Positions 49,666 to 55,742 of a stretch of 55,742 bases of DNA are shown piece after piece. This stretch comes from a virus (Duplodnaviria > Caudoviricetes). The position numbers and the translations under genes are program-made. The DNA lies in the IMG/VR virus record IMGVR_UViG_3300033143_000932, positions 1 to 55,742 of that record, one strand, 5' to 3'. The stretch's first letter is position 1. The number at the start of each line of letters is the position of its first letter. Below the pieces are notes generated by a model. It had not been told where the DNA came from and ran no database searches. It saw nothing but the letters and a program-made list of their open reading frames with translations.

Positions 49666-51705
49666 TTAAGTATAAAATTGTCTATTAAAAAAACTATCTG
49701 TATTATCTTGTATGGCTTCTTGTATTTCAATGTGTTCAGCTTCTCTATAATCGAACATACCGACAAGCAAACTTGACACCCTGTCAAAGTTACCCTTTTT
49801 ATTCCATTTAAGCAACTCTTTTAGCAAAGCTTCATCATATATATAGTGTAAATTTAAAATGTCGTGACCGTCCTTGTCTACACCGCGCTTAGATATTAGC
49901 CAATCTCTTAAATATATCGCGGCAGTACCTTTACGTTTATCATTCATCATTATACCCTTACTTCTTCCAGTACTTTTAGTTTGCAATTCTTTCTTCCATG
50001 TAACCTCTGGTTCATTAGCAAGTAAATGATATTCTTGTCTCTTTTTAAAATAATTTTTAACATCCCCTCTATCATTCTCAAACATACACTCCCCGTTATA
50101 ATATTTAGTGATAGCGAGTAATTGTTCATTATATTCATCCATTGTAGATGGTCTACCAACAAATGCTCCAACAAGTATATCACCTCTACTTGGAGTAAAT
50201 GTATTAGTCCTTTCATATACATATGTAGAACCTAATGAATCGTATGCTGTAATTTGGTCTTTGTTCTTATCTTGTGCATAAGGGTCATTCCATATCCTAT
50301 ACAATCCTTTAGGTATGTTACCATTACCATCACGATAAGGTGGTTGCCATTCTACAAAACAACCTTCTACATTATCTCCTTTCTTTATTGGGAAGTTTAG
50401 TACAGGCTTATAATCTACATTATTTCCCTTAGTCATTTTAAGTTTATGTCCTCCTTCCTTTGGAATAAGTACTCCATTACGTCCTAAGTATTTTATACTA
50501 GGGTCATTTTGAACTCTCTTTAATTGAGCTTCTAAAAGTAATGTAGGGAATATATTATTAGATGTTCTACTAAATGCTTCTTTAGGACATGAAGGATACT
50601 CCATCATATATGTTACTAAAGTACTATCAGATTTAGCATTCTCTTTAATATGTGTCTTAACTTGTTTTTCAAATTCTAAAGCAGGTTTAATTTGACTATT
50701 ACCATCTTTATCTACGAAACCTGTTAAACATAATTCTTGAGGTATAAAGAAACCACATGAAGTACCATATGAATCATCATCCCAAACATTCTCAAATGGC
50801 ATCATATTGTATAGGTCAGGATTATAGAATATTTCTTCAAATCCGTCCCAATTTGAATCTTCACCCCCACCTGTTCCGAATATCAGTATTTGACCTGTTA
50901 CGAAACCACCATCTTCAACAGTTGGTTTAGTAGATGCTAAAGACTCTAATAGATTAGGGAATTTACCTGCTTCCTCTAACATTATTAGAGTACCATCCTT
51001 ACCCCTTGCGGCACCTGGATTATTTAAACCAAATGTAGCACATATAACTTCAGATAGAAAACCGAATTCAGCATCAACTCCATTTTCTTTATATCCTATC
51101 TTTATGTGGTCATTTCCATTTTTAAGTCTACCTTTATTCCAATCAGTATGTTTATTTATGAAATCTAGATTACTTCTAACCATAGTCATAGTACCTGTTA
51201 GACCAGGATATAAATAAGAACTATCAAAAGCACCTAATACAGTAGTTGTATCTCTATGTAGATTAGCTCTATTAGCAGCAATCCATGCATTCTTAAAACT
51301 ATAACCTTTACGTCTAGCTTTTCCAACACACATATGTTTACCTAGTTTCCTAGCTTTCTCAACAGCTTTAAAATAATGATAATCACCATCATAGAACATT
51401 GGGAAACCTGGTACTTTTTTATCTGCTATCTTCTCTCCTTTAGCAACTTGTTCAATAGTTAATCTAGTAGGATTCTTAATTAATCTGATTCTACCAAAGT
51501 TAAGATAACCATAATGTTCTCCTGTAATAGTTATATCACCTACTTTATAACCTTCTTTGCACCTTCTTTCCTGTTCATCCCAATATTCTATATAATCATT
51601 AGAACCTTTAGGTGCATGAGTGTATACTCCATGTTTATCAAAGTACTTAGCCGCTTCTCTAAAATACTCTGTATTAACAAATGATATGTCTTCGTATTTA
51701 TGCAA
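49666..51705 (-). CDS. terL: Terminase large subunit (TTG start)
   Basis: GKARRKGYSF (Walker A), LIMLEEAGKF (Walker B), FGTGG, nuclease domain WNDPY...ENDRG...GNFDRV. Confidence 0.95.
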   Translation of the reverse strand: MHKYEDISFVNTEYFREAAKYFDKHGVYTHAPKGSNDYIEYWDEQERRCKEGYKVGDITITGEHYGYLNFGRIRLIKNPTRLTIEQVAKGEKIADKKVPGFPMFYDGDYHYFKAVEKARKLGKHMCVGKARRKGYSFKNAWIAANRANLHRDTTTVLGAFDSSYLYPGLTGTMTMVRSNLDFINKHTDWNKGRLKNGNDHIKIGYKENGVDAEFGFLSEVICATFGLNNPGAARGKDGTLIMLEEAGKFPNLLESLASTKPTVEDGGFVTGQILIFGTGGGEDSNWDGFEEIFYNPDLYNMMPFENVWDDDSYGTSCGFFIPQELCLTGFVDKDGNSQIKPALEFEKQVKTHIKENAKSDSTLVTYMMEYPSCPKEAFSRTSNNIFPTLLLEAQLKRVQNDPSIKYLGRNGVLIPKEGGHKLKMTKGNNVDYKPVLNFPIKKGDNVEGCFVEWQPPYRDGNGNIPKGLYRIWNDPYAQDKNKDQITAYDSLGSTYVYERTNTFTPSRGDILVGAFVGRPSTMDEYNEQLLAITKYYNGECMFENDRGDVKNYFKKRQEYHLLANEPEVTWKKELQTKSTGRSKGIMMNDKRKGTAAIYLRDWLISKRGVDKDGHDILNLHYIYDEALLKELLKWNKKGNFDRVSSLLVGMFDYREAEHIEIQEAIQDNTDSFFNRQFYT

Positions 51706-51969
51706 TTATCTATGATTTAGTTCGTAATCAAACGCTTCTTGTATTTTTGCAGTATGTACAATATTTCTAACCTCATTTCCAATACTTGCTACTATCAATG
51801 GTGGGTCATTTCTACCATCAAGTGTGTAATTATTTAAATGTGTAATTCGGAAATTATATTCAGTATGATAATAAACAGGTTCTATAGGAGCAGCTTCAGC
51901 CATTTGTGGGTCTTGCTCTCTCTGTCTTATCGCTTCATAATTTTCCATTATAACTATATCTACTTTCAT
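51706..51969 (-). CDS. Hypothetical protein (87 aa)
   Basis: ORF coupled to both neighbours. Confidence 0.65.
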   Translation of the reverse strand: MKVDIVIMENYEAIRQREQDPQMAEAAPIEPVYYHTEYNFRITHLNNYTLDGRNDPPLIVASIGNEVRNIVHTAKIQEAFDYELNHR

Positions 51970-52598
51970 AATTCTATTTCTCTTTCTATTCTTTCAATTG
52001 CTCTATAATGTAATTCTGCTATTTTTTCTCTACCTTCTTCTTTCATCAATATATCCTTACATTCATGAGGATTTGTTTGAAAGAAGTTTTCAGTAAGTAC
52101 TGCTCTACATTTACTTTTAGCTATAACAGTAAAGTTAGCTTCTTTATCAGGGTCACCATCTTTAGTATCTTTTCTAAATCTTTCTGTAGGGAATTCTTTT
52201 TGTGCTTCTTCGTACATTATAGTAGCAACTGCGTCACTCTTTGTTAAACCTTTAGTACTATATACTTCCCAACCTTTTGCATCAGGGTCGCTAAATCCAT
52301 TTGAATGTACTTCGATTAATACACATCTATCTGTACCATACATTGCACAGTATGCATTAATTACGTCTGCTCTTCTACTTAATCCAGTATCAACTCCCCC
52401 TGTAGTGATTTTATGATGAAGTATACCACATACATCTAGTTTATTACTTATTCTATCTACTATATCTCTATTTCCTACACCTTCATAATAAACACTTCCA
52501 TCTTCCCATATAGGAGAACGTTTTCCAGGTGTTACATACTTACCATTTATAAGACCACCATGACCTGCTAATAACAGGTATATAAATTTACTTTCCAT
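51966..52598 (-). CDS. N-acetylmuramoyl-L-alanine amidase (Amidase_3), probable endolysin
   Basis: AGHGG...YEG...LSRRA...EVHSN...GWEVY...AVLTENFF Zn-amidase motifs. Confidence 0.92.
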   Translation of the reverse strand: MESKFIYLLLAGHGGLINGKYVTPGKRSPIWEDGSVYYEGVGNRDIVDRISNKLDVCGILHHKITTGGVDTGLSRRADVINAYCAMYGTDRCVLIEVHSNGFSDPDAKGWEVYSTKGLTKSDAVATIMYEEAQKEFPTERFRKDTKDGDPDKEANFTVIAKSKCRAVLTENFFQTNPHECKDILMKEEGREKIAELHYRAIERIEREIEL

Positions 52599-52600
52599 AT

Positions 52601-53602
52601 CTATTTGTTTTTTGTTTTAGTATAATGTAATATCATTTTATGTACATCTTGTTTTCTATATTCAATATCGTAAAATGTAGGCTCTTGGTTATCCAATAAA
52701 TGACATAGTTCTAATTTAATTACTTTATACCCCCATAACTCACATATATAAGCATATAAGCTTAATTGTATAGTATATATCATACCTTTACATTCAGGTA
52801 CATGATTTAAAGGGTATTTAAGTGTATCATTCTTAGATATCCATTCATTAGTTTTAACACCGTTTACTTTCTTATAATAACCACTAGTAAACTTCATACT
52901 ATCTTTATTAGTCTTCCAATCTAATAAGATAACCTCTTTACCTCTAGTACATAGTACATCTATTGTACCAGCTATTCTATAAAAGTAACTATATATACGT
53001 TTCTCTGCATGTATAGTCCAACCTTCTTTTAATAACTGAATTAATCTTTTATATATAGCAGGATAATGTGTTCTTATCTTACTATTATATAGTGCTTCTT
53101 TATTTAATATCTTTTTAGGACTAGTAAGACCTTTTTGTACCATATCATCGAATCTGATATTCATGGTATTACTAAACTTGTTTATTTCATCCTCAATTAG
53201 ATTATGATGATGATTACCTTTGTCACAAGCGTTCTTATTAGTTATATCCCATTCTTTACGAATAGCATCAGTCTTAATTCTTAAATATCTATCTTCATTA
53301 TCGTATAGATGTTGTAGAGCATATGTTTTACCCTTTATCTTAATCTGTCTCTTATCTAGTATAGGATAAGGTTTATAACCATTACGTTTAATAGCAGTAA
53401 ACATTAACCAATATTCAGAATCAAATGGAGTTTCGTATTTACCAATTAATGTAGTAGCAGATATATAAGGATTTCCGTCTTCATCTGTATAAGCATGTGT
53501 AGGTTCATCAAATACTATATTTCTACGTACTAAATGATTAACCTTAGTGGGGTCACTAGGATTAGGACTGTTCTTACCTCTTATGCCAAATTCCATTTTC
53601 AT
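52601..53602 (-). CDS. PD-(D/E)XK family exonuclease
   Basis: FDEPTHAY, ISATTLI, G..HH..IE, AEKRI, IAGTIDV, LDWKTN, Y.IQLSLYA. Confidence 0.88.
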   Translation of the reverse strand: MKMEFGIRGKNSPNPSDPTKVNHLVRRNIVFDEPTHAYTDEDGNPYISATTLIGKYETPFDSEYWLMFTAIKRNGYKPYPILDKRQIKIKGKTYALQHLYDNEDRYLRIKTDAIRKEWDITNKNACDKGNHHHNLIEDEINKFSNTMNIRFDDMVQKGLTSPKKILNKEALYNSKIRTHYPAIYKRLIQLLKEGWTIHAEKRIYSYFYRIAGTIDVLCTRGKEVILLDWKTNKDSMKFTSGYYKKVNGVKTNEWISKNDTLKYPLNHVPECKGMIYTIQLSLYAYICELWGYKVIKLELCHLLDNQEPTFYDIEYRKQDVHKMILHYTKTKNK

Positions 53603-53603
53603 A

Positions 53604-54278
53604 TTAAGCTTCTCTACTCCCTAATTGACGATTACCTCTAATAACATTACCATCTTCCATTTCTTGTTTAACTTTCTCAGTTACTTTTCCAATCTCATCA
53701 ATAGTCTTTGGTAATTTACCTGCGATAGCTAATATCCTATCCAAATGCTTAGTCAGTTTCTCAATCTTTCTCTCAGTACTATTAGGATTTGGTACTGCTT
53801 GACCTTCATCATTAGTTATCCAATCATCTTCTCCATCAATATCGGCTGATAAGAGAGTTTTAATTGTATCTTGCATCTTATCTACAATAATATCTACAAC
53901 TTCACTAGAAGTACTTAAACCTCTCTTTAATGAGGACAATATTTTAAGACTAGGTATATCTAATTGTAACTCTTTGTACTTATCAATAGCTTCTTGTATT
54001 TGCTTATCAATTTTCCAATCTTCAGGAAGTCTACTTTCTTTAATAGCGAAAGTATGAGTTTTATCTTTATTGTATCCTTCTTTATTAGGAATACTTAGAA
54101 TATCTGTTGTATGATATATGTATGCAAATTCACTAAAGGCTCTGAATTTCTTTCTACCTTGTGTATCTCCCTTACTTCCCTTATCTCTTTCTAGTATAGT
54201 TCTAAATTCACTTATAAGGCGTATTTCATCCTTATCTAGTACTAGCATATCACCTTCAATCTTGAATAACTTTAACAT
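53604..54278 (-). CDS. Helical protein upstream of the packaging module (small terminase candidate, unproven)
   Basis: RDK...K..AFSEFAYIY motif; position upstream of terL; function inferred from position only. Confidence 0.55.
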   Translation of the reverse strand: MLKLFKIEGDMLVLDKDEIRLISEFRTILERDKGSKGDTQGRKKFRAFSEFAYIYHTTDILSIPNKEGYNKDKTHTFAIKESRLPEDWKIDKQIQEAIDKYKELQLDIPSLKILSSLKRGLSTSSEVVDIIVDKMQDTIKTLLSADIDGEDDWITNDEGQAVPNPNSTERKIEKLTKHLDRILAIAGKLPKTIDEIGKVTEKVKQEMEDGNVIRGNRQLGSREA

Positions 54279-54472
54279 ATATTGTGTAATCTTGTAATTG
54301 GTTCAAAAACTTCTCCTAGTTTTACCTTTATTCGCTTGATTATATCCTTATCTGTAATATCTAATTTACGTAACTCTTTAATACGTTTAATTAAACTATT
54401 ATAGTCTAGTAATGTATCATCATCTATTACGTATTCATATTCCTCTAGTAAGTATATATGTTCAATTTGCAT
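54272..54472 (-). CDS. Hypothetical protein (66 aa)
   Basis: Overlaps both neighbours. Confidence 0.6.
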   Translation of the reverse strand: MQIEHIYLLEEYEYVIDDDTLLDYNSLIKRIKELRKLDITDKDIIKRIKVKLGEVFEPITRLHNIC

Positions 54473-54698
54473 CTTCTTTCTTTTGATTTAAATAAAATCT
54501 CCTCATTGGTTTTATCTTAAATTTACCAACATAGTCGATTTTAATATCTTCTTCTTGTTCTGTATACTTTTTAAAGTTCTTGAATTGACTGTTTATGATT
54601 TGCTTTATTTCACTTGGTTTTAAATCTATTCCATGTTTAGCTTTAATCTTCTTTTGTATATCTCTTATTATATGAGATACATTGTCAAAATTCTGCAT
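54462..54698 (-). CDS. HU/IHF-like DNA-binding protein
   Basis: SEIKQIINSQF......EQEEDIKIDYVGKFKIK resembles the HU helix 2 and beta strands; arms are short. Confidence 0.7.
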   Translation of the reverse strand: MQNFDNVSHIIRDIQKKIKAKHGIDLKPSEIKQIINSQFKNFKKYTEQEEDIKIDYVGKFKIKPMRRFYLNQKKEDAN

Positions 54699-54716
54699 AC
54701 TTTATTATTATATACA

Positions 54717-54747
54717 CAAATATAGACCTTTTTTCGACAATACCAAA
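54717..54747 (-). promoter_or_regulatory. Bacteroidota housekeeping-sigma promoter driving the leftward block
   Basis: - strand TTTG-N19-TATATTTG, an exact match to TTTG-N19-21-TAnnTTTG, 18 nt upstream of the ATG at 54698. Confidence 0.8.
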
Positions 54748-54934
54748 CTATATACAGATTTTCTTATTCTATACCTTATATACTATATACAATAACACCG
54801 TTTAAAAAATATACAATAAAATTAGGATATATCAAAAATTATCCTTAGATTGCAATGCGATAGTAGTTTATGTACCATAATATATAAATTGCATATTGTT
54901 TTTTCATAACAAGTTTTATATGGTTTAACATTAG

Positions 54935-54967
54935 ACCCTATATATAGAAATATATATGGGGTTTTTT
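54935..54967 (+). terminator. Intrinsic terminator-like hairpin in the divergent intergenic region
   Basis: ACCCTATATATA-GAAA-TATATATGGGGT followed by a T tract. Confidence 0.65.
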
Positions 54968-55208
54968 GTGTTATAATAAATTATAATTTTACGTATTTTA
55001 CATATAAGTCTATATTATATACCGTATATGGTTTTACATATATTGTAATATTACACCAAAAAAAAATTTCAGCGCAGAAAAAATTATGATTGTATATAGA
55101 TGGTCGTAGACCACCTTATACCAGACCCCCTTACTAAATTTTAAGATGAACATCCCCCGTATGTTCTTCTGTTAATCCAATATAAATCTAAATTTAAAAT
55201 TAAAAGTT

Positions 55209-55649
55209 ATGAAAAACGTAAAATTAGCAATACTAGACATACAAATCTTTGCAGACGGTGCAGGGGTTATTGTAACAGAGAAGAGTAAGGATAATCCATC
55301 TGATAGTGGAGTATTTAAACAAACAAAAGGACAACTTGACCGATTAGCAAATCGTGCAGGTACTGGTAATGCATTTGCTTTAAAGCATTTGGCATCACTT
55401 GGTGGTTCTTATCTTGCAATGGACACCGAAGAGTGTAAAGCAGGAGATTCTTATGTAGATGATAGAACTGGTGAAGAAGGAACTTATAGTAAGGACTTCA
55501 TCAATACTAGAAATGAATCTGTTGAATTGTCACATGCTGGTAAAGCAATGATTATTCAAGTAGCTTTAGGAAGTGCTTTTGCACAAGCTCCTGTATCTGC
55601 TCCAGCTCCTCAAGCTGAAGTTGATGCTGATGATGCTCCTGAAGCCTAA
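55209..55649 (+). CDS. Hypothetical protein, SSB-like architecture; first gene of the rightward unit
   Basis: About 110-aa domain, then an Ala/Pro linker and acidic tail (EVDADDAPEA); A-rich leader. Confidence 0.65.
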   Translation: MKNVKLAILDIQIFADGAGVIVTEKSKDNPSDSGVFKQTKGQLDRLANRAGTGNAFALKHLASLGGSYLAMDTEECKAGDSYVDDRTGEEGTYSKDFINTRNESVELSHAGKAMIIQVALGSAFAQAPVSAPAPQAEVDADDAPEA

Positions 55650-55661
55650 TATACCAATATA

Positions 55662-55712
55662 AACCAATATATCCAATGTAGTACGGTGGGACTACATTAG
55701 GTATTGGGTTTT
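55662..55712 (+). terminator. Hairpin / terminator after the 146-aa gene
   Basis: Core stem AATGTAGT / ACTACATT, outer pairing CCAATA / TATTGG, then TTTT. Confidence 0.55.
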
Positions 55713-55742
55713 AAGGGAAACCTGTTCCTTAGATTTGAATAT

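Noticed and set aside
49950-50222. Same-strand alternative-frame ORF inside terL
   Set aside because: Met/Leu/Ile-rich composition typical of off-frame reading; no independent support
44392-51705. Introns or inteins in terL, portal or capsid genes
   Set aside because: ORFs are continuous and of normal length; no intein termini or homing endonuclease motifs seen
6091-52247. Many short + strand ORFs antisense to late genes (e.g. 6091-6375, 14327-14692, 46801-47322), plus - strand ORFs 1718-1912, 1872-2117 and 3677-3898
   Set aside because: Ser/Leu/Phe-rich shadows of the real genes' codon bias; no motifs or leaders
52601-53602. Cas4 assignment for the nuclease
   Set aside because: Lacks the four-Cys Fe-S cluster pattern; generic PD-(D/E)XK call kept
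54699-55208. tRNA or known structured RNA genes in intergenic regions
   Set aside because: No cloverleaf, T-loop GTTCRA context or CCA end recognisable
55704-55737. Rightward promoter TTG-N23-TAGATTTG at the window end
   Set aside because: The -7 element matches but spacing is long and the downstream gene lies outside the window, so it cannot be supported
1-55742. Stop-codon reassignment (TAG or TGA), known in some Crassvirales
   Set aside because: Very long ORFs are intact in the standard code, and TAG (25199, 45900, 52601) and TGA (4705, 29110) end genes at sensible boundaries

Overview
About 56 kb of an AT-rich (roughly 30% GC by eye) lytic phage genome with the gene content and order of a crAss-like phage (Crassvirales or a close relative), most likely infecting Bacteroidota. 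It reads in the standard genetic code. Three blocks: (1) 1-4705 (+), the end of a middle/nucleotide-metabolism module: dNMP kinase, MazG-like pyrophosphohydrolase, DUF932, a GroES-like co-chaperonin and small hypotheticals. (2) 4938-54698 (-), a long late block: HU/IHF-like gene, PD-(D/E)XK nuclease, amidase endolysin, large terminase, portal, scaffold, major capsid, ring/hub/tail-fibre genes, a membrane-protein cluster, muzzle, ejection (cargo) proteins, and a giant virion RNA polymerase (DFDID motif) fused to a zincin protease domain. (3) A divergent non-coding region (54699-55208) and the first gene of a rightward unit. Most striking: a perfect 13-bp tandem duplication (13531-13556) lies exactly at the junction of the two giant ORFs, and removing one copy fuses them into one 4870-aa ORF. 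Also notable: paired IHF-consensus repeats at the convergent junction, an unannotated 44-aa coupled ORF, a methyltransferase-fusion gene next to a permuted NlpC/P60 gene inside the tail module, repeated xxGG motifs in a cargo protein, and apparent GATC avoidance. All calls come from motif recognition and synteny; no searches were run.
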